Part shown: in pieces, positions 1 through 9,523 of the stretch | Numbering within the stretch: the first letter of the stretch is position 1 | Layout: every line of letters starts with the position of its first letter | IMG/VR virus record: IMGVR_UViG_3300046821_000076 | Location: 1-64,000 of that record | From: a virus | Direction: 5' to 3' (one strand) | DNA length: 64,000 nt | Made by a program: the position numbers and the translations under genes | Notes under the pieces: generated by a model | Databases searched by the model: none | What the model was told of the DNA's origin: nothing | Seen by the model: only the letters and a program-made list of their open reading frames with translations

Positions 1-45
1 GCCAAGTTGCTTGAGCGACATTTCAATAATTCTGCTGACCAGCAT
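1..45 (-). CDS. Partial CDS running off the left edge (MLVSRIIEMSLKQLG...), possibly P22 gp4-like head-tail adaptor N-terminus
   Basis: GGAG RBS 6 nt before ATG at 45. Only 15 codons visible; resemblance to the 'IIxxALRKLG' start of gp4-type proteins is weak. Confidence 0.3.
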   Translation of the reverse strand, partial: MLVSRIIEMSLKQLG

Positions 46-56
46 GTGATTCTCCA

Positions 57-83
57 TAAAAAAACCGCCCTTTCGGACGGTTC
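57..83 (-). terminator. Rho-independent terminator
   Basis: Minus strand reads AACCGTCC-GAAA-GGGCGGTT then a T run, just after the 98..430 gene. Confidence 0.7.
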
Positions 84-97
84 ATGTTTAATTTGGT

Positions 98-430
98 TTA
101 TAGGGTTTCTTCCACCACGCTCAAACCGAGCTCAGCCAGTACAGCTTGCCAATTCTCTCGGGCATCACCATCAAGCACTAATCGTTCATACAGAAACTCA
201 AGCGCAGGTTGTAACTCGGTAGGGACTACCTGCTGTCGTAACCCAGCATCACTGAACACTGCATAATCTTCGGGCTTCCACCACGAATGACAGCCCCAAT
301 ATATTGCACCGTTGCTGTCAATTAACTCTACAGATAGATTGTTATCACCACAGCCATAAGCTCCAGCAATCTGGTTAATCGCATCTTTGTGAGCATCAGG
401 GACGATGTTTACTACAGATAATTTAAACAC
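98..430 (-). CDS. Hypothetical protein coupled to the upstream tail/spike gene
   Basis: 110 aa; overlaps the stop of 423..2039; GCHSWW motif. Confidence 0.7.
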   Translation of the reverse strand: MFKLSVVNIVPDAHKDAINQIAGAYGCGDNNLSVELIDSNGAIYWGCHSWWKPEDYAVFSDAGLRQQVVPTELQPALEFLYERLVLDGDARENWQAVLAELGLSVVEETL

Positions 431-2039
431 TGAGCGTGACCCCTATTCGTTTAGCTAGTTCTTTTTCAATAGCTAATGTTTCACTGTCTGAAGTTAATTT
501 ACCAATGCCGATTAAGCTGTATAGATGACCGTTGAACGGCAGGTATGTGCCGCCTCGTCTGCCGATGTAGAGTGGGTAGTTGCCGTAGTTGCCTATTGAT
601 GCAGCACTTGAATTGGCAGATCCTGCGGTATTTACACCATCAAATCTACCCATAATCGCTCCAAGATAGTTGGTTGCTGATGTAGTGAGTTTCAATGAAA
701 TAACATTAGAAATTGGTGCTGTGTACGTTGAATAGTCTACTGCATTGAGTGTTGAGCCGCGAACACCAACACCATAAGAGTTTCCTGTTCGGGGGGCTTG
801 TATGTTAAATGTGCCAACATTTGCTATAGATGCGCTTAATTCAACAAGAACTGATGGCGCAGCATCACTCAACCTACGCACCCCAGTAAACAAGCTCACC
901 TTGTCTGTAGCAGTGAAGTCAATATTATTCGTCTGTAGGAAGTCGTCAACACCATCAAATGCTAGGTAGTTTTGATCTGTGCGGTAGCCTGTGATTTCTT
1001 TAATACTTACATCGTCAAAAGTTAAGCTACCAGTAGGTGCTACATTACTGTGTTGGAACATAAACCTAGATGATACTTCTGTAGGTTTAAATATCAGTTT
1101 ATACTTTCCTGCTGTAGTGATAGTCACACTTGCGTAGTTTGTTATTGTGCTAGCGGGGCGAATAATTGCTGCTAATACAACATTTGTTGTATTACCTATA
1201 ACAGTAAAAGTAAGTTCATACGTTTTAGAAGTGTCTAGGGAAATAGGCTTTGTTACACCACCAAATTGAGCAGAAGAAGCCATAACAAATGAGCCATCTA
1301 TAGTTTGTAGTGTAGCATTCGTTGTTATCCAACCGTCAGTTCCATTTGATGTGTCTCCATTAACAACCAGCTCATTACCAAGTATAGGTGTCTGCTGCAA
1401 GATAGGTCTTGCTGCTGATGTGGTTTGGTATGCGTGGTTGCCTTTTAATTCATCAACTGAAATAGAGTCTAAAGTAAGCGTAGATGCCCCATTAATTATA
1501 AAATATATTGACGCAGAGTTTTTAAATATCTCAGCGTTATTGGAAGTTACATCGAACTCTCCAGCAGGCACATTTACCGCGCCATTAGCGTCACCGCTAT
1601 TGCGTAACGTCCATGAAACACCGCACCGACCTTTTAATCTAATACGTACAACTTTACTTATCAACCCACTCAAGTTTCTATAGCATCCACCTGAACCGTT
1701 TACTGTAAATGAATTTTTAGATTTTGCTGTAACGCTTGCTGTACTAGACCAACCAATAGTGAAATCTAACGTAGCAGTATTTAGGTAGTTAGCACCTAAA
1801 GCTAAACCTTTACTCTTATCCAGTACCAACCCCACTGGTTGCCCCACAGCCGTCACAGGAGTAGTACCTGCTGCATCCTGATACATCGTGCTTAGATCGT
1901 TTGGGTCGTAGAAGAAGCCTTGTTCGTTATTACGAAATATCCCTCTGATTAAGGCTGTTAAACCTCTAGCACCAGTACCAAGCATAGGAATTCCACCCAT
2001 ACCTCTAATACCTCTACCTACCCACATTGCATTACGCAT
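423..2039 (-). CDS. Tail fibre/spike-like virion protein with two carbohydrate-binding-like beta-sandwich inserts and a lectin/LamG-like C-terminus
   Basis: Start at ATG 2039 (TAAGG RBS). Motifs FYDPNDLSTMYQDAAGTTPV, ELVVNGD..GW...FDDVSIKE, LAFDGVDDFL, PLYIGRRGG. Confidence 0.65.
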   Translation of the reverse strand: MRNAMWVGRGIRGMGGIPMLGTGARGLTALIRGIFRNNEQGFFYDPNDLSTMYQDAAGTTPVTAVGQPVGLVLDKSKGLALGANYLNTATLDFTIGWSSTASVTAKSKNSFTVNGSGGCYRNLSGLISKVVRIRLKGRCGVSWTLRNSGDANGAVNVPAGEFDVTSNNAEIFKNSASIYFIINGASTLTLDSISVDELKGNHAYQTTSAARPILQQTPILGNELVVNGDTSNGTDGWITTNATLQTIDGSFVMASSAQFGGVTKPISLDTSKTYELTFTVIGNTTNVVLAAIIRPASTITNYASVTITTAGKYKLIFKPTEVSSRFMFQHSNVAPTGSLTFDDVSIKEITGYRTDQNYLAFDGVDDFLQTNNIDFTATDKVSLFTGVRRLSDAAPSVLVELSASIANVGTFNIQAPRTGNSYGVGVRGSTLNAVDYSTYTAPISNVISLKLTTSATNYLGAIMGRFDGVNTAGSANSSAASIGNYGNYPLYIGRRGGTYLPFNGHLYSLIGIGKLTSDSETLAIEKELAKRIGVTLSV

Positions 2040-2087
2040 GTTTAATACCTTAGTTATATAAAACATGTAGAATAATAACAGATAAAG

Positions 2088-2113
2088 TAAAGCCCCTGTA
2101 TGGGGCTTTTTAT
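2088..2113. terminator. Bidirectional-type intrinsic terminator
   Basis: AAAGCCCC-TGTAT-GGGGCTTT with flanking A/T runs. Confidence 0.7.
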
Positions 2114-2141
2114 TTTGATGTGCAACGAGATAATTAACCTA

Positions 2142-2399
2142 TCACGGTGTAAGTAATCTACCCAAAGCAACTGGCTGTAATATGTAGATACCGCTCGGAA
2201 GATTAGTACTAGAATGTAGTGAGAGATTAGCACCACCCGGAGTATGTCTAATCTTTATGATACTTGATGTGCCAAATTCCGCGTTACTAGCTTGTATTTG
2301 CATATCCCCTGTAATAGCTACAGCAGCGTTTGCATCCTCATCAAATAACTCTAAAGGGTATTCAAAATCAGCACCTGTTTTAAAATATTGTTCAGCCAT
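2142..2399 (-). CDS. Short hypothetical tail-associated protein, possibly a fused remnant
   Basis: AGGTG RBS before ATG 2399 (MAEQYFKTGADF...); lies in the tail cluster. Confidence 0.5.
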   Translation of the reverse strand: MAEQYFKTGADFEYPLELFDEDANAAVAITGDMQIQASNAEFGTSSIIKIRHTPGGANLSLHSSTNLPSGIYILQPVALGRLLTP

Positions 2400-2437
2400 C
2401 TGTATCACCTATATCTGTGTAATGTGTAGAGTTCTCT

Positions 2438-3130
2438 TTACTGAGGTAAAAAACTACAATCAACCACAGTGAACTCATAAGTATTTAATGTACTATCTGT
2501 AAGACTGGTAGTTGTTGCAGGGGTGTCTGCAGCATTTGTTGTTGTATATGCAGTTTTAAAATCTACTCTAGCATATCCATTACTTAACGCAGTAAAAAAT
2601 AGACATCGTTGATAAAAATTAGGGGACTGGAGTCCACTGCACTGTAACTGCCTAGATACACAAAAACCCACTCTTTTACCATAATTTTTTTCTAATATAT
2701 TTACTACAGTATTACTATCAATTTGAGCACTACTGAGAGTGCCTTTAATATGGTCTAATACTTTAAAGGGTAGGAATGTACTGTCATAAACCAGTTCACT
2801 ATTTGCATTCCATACCCTAAATCCATATTCCATGTTTGAGGGGGTAGGAATAAAACCAAAGACATGTATGTTACATGCTCGATTTACTTTTACAGTTTTC
2901 TTAAAACCGCCTATAGTAGTATATGAATCTAAGAATGGGGTAGCACGTGTAGAGTCAAACATTAGCGGTTCGATAACATACCATTTAAAGTCTTCAATCT
3001 CTACTTCTGCCCAACCAGCAGTTAAATCGGTAATATAGATGGTGCTTATATATCCAATATTTCTATAATTAGAATCTATTTGCACGCTGCCTTGGGTATT
3101 CCAAATTTTAATACCATATTCGTCTGTCAT
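2438..3130 (-). CDS. Tail-tip accessory protein
   Basis: 230 aa with two internal YG(I/F)(K/R)(I/V)WN..(Q/Y)DS repeats, typical of genes following J-like tail proteins. Confidence 0.6.
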   Translation of the reverse strand: MTDEYGIKIWNTQGSVQIDSNYRNIGYISTIYITDLTAGWAEVEIEDFKWYVIEPLMFDSTRATPFLDSYTTIGGFKKTVKVNRACNIHVFGFIPTPSNMEYGFRVWNANSELVYDSTFLPFKVLDHIKGTLSSAQIDSNTVVNILEKNYGKRVGFCVSRQLQCSGLQSPNFYQRCLFFTALSNGYARVDFKTAYTTTNAADTPATTTSLTDSTLNTYEFTVVDCSFLPQ

Positions 3131-3552
3131 TAGTAAATACCTACCATTACTGTTACCGGAACATTGTTATATCTTGAGTAAATATCAGCCTGAGACCACC
3201 CAGGGGAGAATATGGTATAAAGAATCCACATCTTAGTAGGGCTTAACATTGTCCAATGTACTGCTTGACGTATTCCTGCCATCTGCTGTGTACCTGATGC
3301 AGTATACTTACCATTATGGTCATGGTACATAACATAAGGAGTACCTTGTAAGAAGGCATCCGATTCAACTACTAGATGGCGCGTAGCATTATTAAAATTG
3401 TTAAGTGACATATTGGGCCAGTTAGGTCCAGTAGATACATCATTCGGAAAAGCTATAGTACCTGACCAAATAATACTAGTGATCTTATCAGAAGAATCTA
3501 GGAGCAACTTATTATTTGCATCCCAGACTTTAATACCGTAAATATCTGCCAT
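3130..3552 (-). CDS. Tail-tip accessory protein sharing the N-terminal motif of 2438..3130
   Basis: YGIKVWDANNKLLLDS; TAATG coupling on both sides. Confidence 0.6.
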   Translation of the reverse strand: MADIYGIKVWDANNKLLLDSSDKITSIIWSGTIAFPNDVSTGPNWPNMSLNNFNNATRHLVVESDAFLQGTPYVMYHDHNGKYTASGTQQMAGIRQAVHWTMLSPTKMWILYTIFSPGWSQADIYSRYNNVPVTVMVGIY

Positions 3553-5150
3553 TAGTTCAGCTTACCTATTTTAACCCTTAATTTATTACTAGCATCGTAG
3601 ATCGTAATACCAGTACCTCGTTGCTCAATACGAGCACCCCCTGCAGTGCCTGTAGTGAATGTACCAAAGTTACCTGTAATAGCACTTAACTCATTAACAT
3701 TCATTTTATCTACAGTAATGGAACCTGCACCTATACGATCTGCATTGATTATACCTGCAGTGATCTTAGCAGCATCAATGTTAGCGATCTTAGCGTTAGT
3801 GATAGCAGCATCAGCAATGTGAGCAGTACCAATAGTTGCATTAGCAATGATAGCTGAATTAATCCAAGTACCTGCAGGAAAATCAACACCATCAATATTA
3901 GTAGGTACAGTAGTGACTACAAAAGGTTTTACTGCATCTGTTGGTTTACCAATATAAAAAGTATCTGCATTAACACCAAAAGCTGATTTAACGACTCCAT
4001 TCTCTAATTCAGAGATTAAACCATATCCTGCAACTACTCCATTAAGGTCTACACTTACAGTACTCAATGCTTTAATGGATGACAGTCCTGCTTGGATTTC
4101 ATTAGTGATATCTAACTGTGCAATGTTGTCGTTAACAATAGCAAGCAATTCATCCGACTTACTTACCAATGCAGTATTTAAATTAGCATACGAAACATAA
4201 TCAGTAAGAATGGTAGCAATAGTTCCATCTACTTGAGCGCTGTACGTATTTAACGCTGTAGTGATGGCTTCATCAGTCCCCGCAATTGTACTGTAGTCTT
4301 GAAGGATGCCTGCTACAGCAGTCTCTGTGCTTGTTTTAATAGCAAGTACTTGTGTGGCTATAGCTTCTTGCCCTTCATAACGTAGTTGAGCTTCTGTTGT
4401 AATACCGTCTTCTAATTCCTGGAATAAACTGGTACGTATAGCAGCTTCCTCTGCAATTTTACCTATCTGCTCAGAAATTAAATCATTGAACGTAAGCGTT
4501 AATTGATCAAAGGTTTCACCATTCTGTTCTGCTAAAGCAATAGCATCTGCATATTGTTTTGCTTTAAGTGTTTCATGCGCTAAACGTAAATCACTTAAAC
4601 TAGTAGACGTACCACTAAGAGCTGCACCTAGATCACGTATTAACGGACTATCTGTTAATGCTCCGATAATATTACTAATATACTGATTACCTGTAGATAG
4701 GCTTTCAAGAACACTATCGGAAACATCAGCTACCAATTCACCTTTATACTCAGCACTTTTGATCTGATCGCTTAACTTTGTAATTTCTTTACGTAGCAAG
4801 TAATCCCAGTAAGATGCCTGAGCTAATATATTCCATCCAGTAAAATTTACTTCATCAGTATCCATAGTGAATTCATTTGAATCCATAGTGATATCTTGAA
4901 GCATCTGCTCATATCTCCGTACCCGTGTAAGTAACGCTTGGTACTGAGTATTTAGATCAGCTTCTGAATCCCTAACCTGGTCTAACAAAGCATTCGTATT
5001 GCTAGAATAACTAGCTAAGTGCATTTCCCAAGCAAGCATCAAATCTTGAGGTACATATATTGGTCTCAAAGTTTCTGCTAGTAATTCGGACGAAGTCTTA
5101 TTACTATTGTCACCCTCTTCTGATGGGTACTTTGAAGTGTAATCAGACAT
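3552..5150 (-). CDS. Tail fibre with coiled coil and J-like (DUF1983-type) C-terminus
   Basis: VDLNGVVAGYGL..SAFGVNADTF..KPFVV followed by IANATIGTAHIADAAITNAKI repeats. Confidence 0.7.
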   Translation of the reverse strand: MSDYTSKYPSEEGDNSNKTSSELLAETLRPIYVPQDLMLAWEMHLASYSSNTNALLDQVRDSEADLNTQYQALLTRVRRYEQMLQDITMDSNEFTMDTDEVNFTGWNILAQASYWDYLLRKEITKLSDQIKSAEYKGELVADVSDSVLESLSTGNQYISNIIGALTDSPLIRDLGAALSGTSTSLSDLRLAHETLKAKQYADAIALAEQNGETFDQLTLTFNDLISEQIGKIAEEAAIRTSLFQELEDGITTEAQLRYEGQEAIATQVLAIKTSTETAVAGILQDYSTIAGTDEAITTALNTYSAQVDGTIATILTDYVSYANLNTALVSKSDELLAIVNDNIAQLDITNEIQAGLSSIKALSTVSVDLNGVVAGYGLISELENGVVKSAFGVNADTFYIGKPTDAVKPFVVTTVPTNIDGVDFPAGTWINSAIIANATIGTAHIADAAITNAKIANIDAAKITAGIINADRIGAGSITVDKMNVNELSAITGNFGTFTTGTAGGARIEQRGTGITIYDASNKLRVKIGKLN

Positions 5151-5190
5151 TCGAGTCTCCTATTAAATTTAGCTAAGTATAGAATATTTT

Positions 5191-5205
5191 GGTCGCTTTG
5201 CGACC
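5191..5205 (+). promoter_or_regulatory. C-TTT-G triloop hairpin, candidate phage-RNAP hairpin promoter
   Basis: GGTCGC-TTT-GCGACC at the head of the plus-strand operon, with no upstream plus-strand gene to terminate. Confidence 0.5.
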
Positions 5206-5236
5206 TAGTTTGATGAGTACGTACGAGGATTATTAT

Positions 5237-5998
5237 ATGAACGACATCCGTGTAAAATACATTACACATGCAGGGACAGATAAACTTGTTGCAGACGTTG
5301 CTAGAGTATCGTTTGCCAACACGCAATTTGACCCACTGACCGAAGCGTCTCAAAAGGATGTGGGATTAATTAACTATCTAGCACGAGGACTTAAAACATC
5401 AGAATATGATGATATGCTAACTAGCTTGCAAGAAGCTACAGACCGTACTCTAGTAGCTAAGCTTTACGATCAAATCCGTAATACTGCTACACACTTCACC
5501 CCCTTCTGTCATACAGCTATCACAGTGCAGTGTACTGCTCCATTACCTATCAGAACACAAGCTTTTAAGCATAAGGTTGGCTTCGTTGAGAACGAAGAAT
5601 CAAGACGCTACATCACAACCACTCCTGAACTTTACTTGCCTGAAAGCATTCGTGCTAAAGCAGTAGATGTTAAGCAAGGTAGTGCAGGTAAGCATCCAAA
5701 TTCTAGGTATTGGCTTAATGTTTATACCAGACAATGTGAAGAAGCTATCGCACTATATGAAGAAATGATTGCAAACCAAGTATGTCCTGAACAGGCTCGA
5801 TTAGTACTGCCTCAAGGCTGTATGGTGAACTGGGTATGGACAGGTAATGTAATGTCTTTTGCAAATATGTTTAACAAACGTATTGACCCTCACGCACAAA
5901 AAGAAGTACAAGACTTAGCCTTAGCTATTCAAGAAGTAGTAGAACCTTTATTCCCTATTTCATGGAAAGCATTAACTAGAAAAGACTTAGGTGCATAA
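5237..5998 (+). CDS. thyX: Flavin-dependent thymidylate synthase
   Basis: ARVSF, HFTPF, KHKVGFVENEESRRY, PEQARLVLPQ, HAQKEV motifs; GAGG RBS before ATG 5237. Confidence 0.93.
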   Translation: MNDIRVKYITHAGTDKLVADVARVSFANTQFDPLTEASQKDVGLINYLARGLKTSEYDDMLTSLQEATDRTLVAKLYDQIRNTATHFTPFCHTAITVQCTAPLPIRTQAFKHKVGFVENEESRRYITTTPELYLPESIRAKAVDVKQGSAGKHPNSRYWLNVYTRQCEEAIALYEEMIANQVCPEQARLVLPQGCMVNWVWTGNVMSFANMFNKRIDPHAQKEVQDLALAIQEVVEPLFPISWKALTRKDLGA

Positions 5999-7971
5999 TG
6001 ATACGTCCCCAATTAAACATCCCTCTAGATAAACCATTACTCTCAGAACACATTAACTATGATGCAGATAAGCACATGGTTGAAGCAGGTAAAGTAACAG
6101 TCATTGACCGTTACCTTATTGAAGGTGAGACTTCTCCTCAACATGCTTACATGCGCTGTGCTACAGCGTTTGCTTCAGATAAGCAACATGCTTTACGTAT
6201 GTACTCTTATATGCATCGTCAATGGTTTGGTCCTGCTTCCCCGGTACTAGCTAACGCTCCAGTACGTATTAAATTCTTTGAAGATTTTGAACGTAACTTC
6301 TCGCATGAAGCCTACGTATCTGTATACGGACCATTACCTATTTCTTGCTATACAGGTTATGTGCCTGACAGTCGTGTAGGTATTGCTGACCATTACCAAG
6401 AAATGTTATGGATTGCCTCTAACGGAGGAGGTTACGCATCTGACTGGTCTCCATTACGTCAAGGCGGAGCTATAACGTCTACAGGAGGAGTATCAGGAGG
6501 ATTAGTACCATTCTTCCACGTAACAGACTCTCTCGTAACAGCAGCTCACCAAGGTAGTAATAGACGTGCTGTATACGGCGGTAACATTCGTTGTGACCAT
6601 CCAGAAGTGATTGAGTTTATTGAGTCACGTAAAATGTCTGGTGATCCTAACAAACGTAGCCGTAACGTATTCCAAGCACTCAAATGCTCAGATAAGTTTA
6701 TGTATGCTGTACTTCAAAATAAACCATGGGACTTAGTAGATAACAAAGGTACGGTTGTAGAAACCATCCAAGCTCGTGACCTATGGGAACTTGCTATGGA
6801 GCTTATGTTTGAAACTGGAGGTCCATTTATTGTATTTGAAGATACATGTAAACGTATGCTCCCTGAAGAACAGAAAGAGCTAGGGTTAGACTTTAACAAC
6901 GTCAATATCTGTACTGAGATCACATTGGCTAATAATGAAGAACGTACAGCAGTTTGCTGCCTGTCTTCATACAACATGCTTAAACATGATGAATGGAAAG
7001 ATAACGAACAGTTTATATTTGACTGTGTAGAGTTCTTAGATAACGTCCTTGAATACTTTATTCAGAACGCTTTGTACTCATGTACTAAAGACTTTGACTG
7101 GAGTGGTTTACGTGAAGTACTTAAAGACTTTGTAGCAGAAGATCAATTAGACGATGCTATGAAAACTTTAGTAGAGAAACGCTTTATGGGTTTACGTAAA
7201 GCAGTCTACTCAGCAAAATCAGAACGAGCTATTGGCTTAGGTTCTATGGGTTGGGACTCTTACTTTAAAACCAAGATGCTACCTTATGAATCTACTGAAG
7301 CTTTAGACATTACGTATACAGTAACTAAATGGGTTAAAGAGACTGCTGTTAAAGCAAGCTTCCATCTAGGTGCTGAACGTGGTCATGCTCCTGACATGTT
7401 CCGTAGTAAGCGTAGAAACTCTCACTTACTTGCTGATGCTCCAACAGCTACCAACAGTTTAATCTGTGGTGGTGTTACTCCTAGTCGTGAACCTCGCTTC
7501 CAGAATATCTATCCACAACAATGTACGTCTGCGACATTCCAAATGGTAGAGCCTGAATTGGCTAAGATACTCGATAAGTATAATAAAAATACTTATGAAG
7601 TCCGTAAGTCTATTGAGGATATGGATGGTTCAGTACAACACTTAGACTTCTTAGATGAATTAGAGAAGAAAGTATTCCGTACTGCTTATGAAGTAGATCA
7701 GTTATGGATTGTAGAACATGTAGCTGCTGCACAGCAGTTTGTATGTCAAGCAATCTCTACTAACTTATTCTTCCGTCCTGATGTGCCACGTAAGTATGTG
7801 AACGCTGTTCACTTCCAGATGTGGAAGAAAGGATGTAAGTCCCGCTACTATATTCGTAGTAAAGCGTTGGCTACATCTAATGCTCTAGCGAAGAAGGTAG
7901 ACTCTTCTATCATGACTATTGACTATAACCGTGCAGACATCTTCCAAGTATGTCTATCATGTGAGGGCTAA
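5998..7971 (+). CDS. nrdA: Class I ribonucleotide reductase alpha subunit
   Basis: PASPVLAN, ISCY, NICTEI (NxCxE), VCCLSS, APTATNS, YY pair, C-terminal CLSCEG. Confidence 0.95.
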   Translation: MIRPQLNIPLDKPLLSEHINYDADKHMVEAGKVTVIDRYLIEGETSPQHAYMRCATAFASDKQHALRMYSYMHRQWFGPASPVLANAPVRIKFFEDFERNFSHEAYVSVYGPLPISCYTGYVPDSRVGIADHYQEMLWIASNGGGYASDWSPLRQGGAITSTGGVSGGLVPFFHVTDSLVTAAHQGSNRRAVYGGNIRCDHPEVIEFIESRKMSGDPNKRSRNVFQALKCSDKFMYAVLQNKPWDLVDNKGTVVETIQARDLWELAMELMFETGGPFIVFEDTCKRMLPEEQKELGLDFNNVNICTEITLANNEERTAVCCLSSYNMLKHDEWKDNEQFIFDCVEFLDNVLEYFIQNALYSCTKDFDWSGLREVLKDFVAEDQLDDAMKTLVEKRFMGLRKAVYSAKSERAIGLGSMGWDSYFKTKMLPYESTEALDITYTVTKWVKETAVKASFHLGAERGHAPDMFRSKRRNSHLLADAPTATNSLICGGVTPSREPRFQNIYPQQCTSATFQMVEPELAKILDKYNKNTYEVRKSIEDMDGSVQHLDFLDELEKKVFRTAYEVDQLWIVEHVAAAQQFVCQAISTNLFFRPDVPRKYVNAVHFQMWKKGCKSRYYIRSKALATSNALAKKVDSSIMTIDYNRADIFQVCLSCEG

Positions 7972-7974
7972 TGA

Positions 7975-9021
7975 ATGGCTTTTAATTTAAACCAACATGA
8001 ACATCTACGACTTACAGATACCCGTGCTTATTGGAAGCCTATGCGATACCCTGCTCTATTCGAGTTGGGTGAGACACATCGTAAGATGAACTGGACCATT
8101 AACGAAGTACGTAAACTTTCTCAAGACATTAAGGACTGGAAAGAGCTAGACGAGAAGACTAAGGCTACATATAAGTTCTTATTACTTTACTTTACTCAAG
8201 CTGACGTAGACGTAGCAGGCTCTTACTTTGAGAACTTATCTAAGTGGTACAAGCAACCTGAACAACGATACTGGTTAGCTCGTGTTATTGACCGAGAAGC
8301 TACCCACGTTCAATGTTATGACATGCTTCCTGAACAGTTTGGTATCAATAAGGAAGAGTACTGTGACATGCTTGATATTGATGTGATCTATGATCAGCGT
8401 CAGTTCATGATTGCACATGCTCAAGCAGATAGCTTTGAAGATCGTGTGTATACTTTAGTTAAGCACATCTGTGGAGAAGGTATTGGTATCTACGGTATCT
8501 TCTTAATGCTCATTAACGCTCAACGCTTTGGGCAGATGATGGCTCTAGGGCAAGAAGTAGTACAGTGGTCTGCACGTGATGAGAACCAACACGTAGAAGG
8601 TCTTACATGGCTGTTAAACCAAGAACTTCATGAGAATGCTAATCTCGTTACAGAGAAGCTAATTACAGATATTAAGTTTATGTTTGAGCTTGCTGTACAG
8701 CGTGGTATTGCATTAGCTAAACGTGCTTATCAAGAAGGTGATCTACATGATTTAACTATCAATCAGATTGCTAACTTCTTAAAGCAATTAGCAAATGCTC
8801 GTATTAATGCTATTGATATCTCAGTAGATAAAATCTTTACTGAAGTATCTGAAGAAGTATTACCTCAAGTAGGTTTACTGTTTACAGGCTCTAGCTTAGT
8901 TAACTTCTTTGAAGCAGCAAACACTAACTACGCTGTAGGTACTCTTACAGGTGATTGGGAATATCCACCAGTATTCTTTAAAACAGACTATGATACTGAA
9001 CAAGAGATTCTCAATGGTTGA
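7975..9021 (+). CDS. nrdB: Class I ribonucleotide reductase beta subunit
   Basis: FTQADVDV, EATHVQCY, EGI, RDENQH di-iron ligands; C-terminal NFFE....Y. Confidence 0.95.
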   Translation: MAFNLNQHEHLRLTDTRAYWKPMRYPALFELGETHRKMNWTINEVRKLSQDIKDWKELDEKTKATYKFLLLYFTQADVDVAGSYFENLSKWYKQPEQRYWLARVIDREATHVQCYDMLPEQFGINKEEYCDMLDIDVIYDQRQFMIAHAQADSFEDRVYTLVKHICGEGIGIYGIFLMLINAQRFGQMMALGQEVVQWSARDENQHVEGLTWLLNQELHENANLVTEKLITDIKFMFELAVQRGIALAKRAYQEGDLHDLTINQIANFLKQLANARINAIDISVDKIFTEVSEEVLPQVGLLFTGSSLVNFFEAANTNYAVGTLTGDWEYPPVFFKTDYDTEQEILNG

Positions 9022-9042
9022 GGGTTGTGATCTATAACCAAG

Positions 9043-9068
9043 GCAGAGCTTAGGCTCTGCTTTTTATT
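9043..9068 (+). terminator. Intrinsic terminator
   Basis: GCAGAGC-TTAG-GCTCTGC followed by TTTTT. Confidence 0.65.
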
Positions 9069-9080
9069 TAAGGTGACACG

Positions 9081-9368
9081 ATGAATAAAGAAAGAGAAGC
9101 GTTTGAAGCATGGCTATTTAAATACTACCCAAAGGCAGAAGAACTTGGGCTTGTTTATAGACCTAATGAAAACCTATATGAACACCGTCAAACTCAAATA
9201 CGATGGATAGTATGGCAAGCAGCCAAAGCCCAAGCAGTGCCCGAAATACAACAATCCAAACAAGCTGAAATTGACGATCTCAAAGCTCAACTCAAAGCTG
9301 TGCATGAAAGCAGAGCTGATTTTGTTGAGTATTGCAGAATGGTCGAAGCACAGGAGAACAAAGGATGA
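9081..9368 (+). CDS. Hypothetical phage protein
   Basis: AAGGTG RBS; EREAFEAW...WQAAKAQAVP pattern common in small phage proteins. Confidence 0.7.
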   Translation: MNKEREAFEAWLFKYYPKAEELGLVYRPNENLYEHRQTQIRWIVWQAAKAQAVPEIQQSKQAEIDDLKAQLKAVHESRADFVEYCRMVEAQENKG

Positions 9369-9520
9369 CCCAGCAACAACGTATAGACACAATCGTACTG
9401 CATATTTATTTAGGTAAAAAGCAGGGGCTTGATGTGGCCTATTTAGTTGAGTTACAACAACAACGGTATCTGCAATCGTGGGATATATACATACCAATAC
9501 CACTTAACGAAATAGGATAG
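9365..9520 (+). CDS. Small hypothetical protein
   Basis: ATGA overlap with upstream stop; GGAG RBS. Confidence 0.5.
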   Translation: MTQQQRIDTIVLHIYLGKKQGLDVAYLVELQQQRYLQSWDIYIPIPLNEIG

Positions 9521-9523
9521 CTT

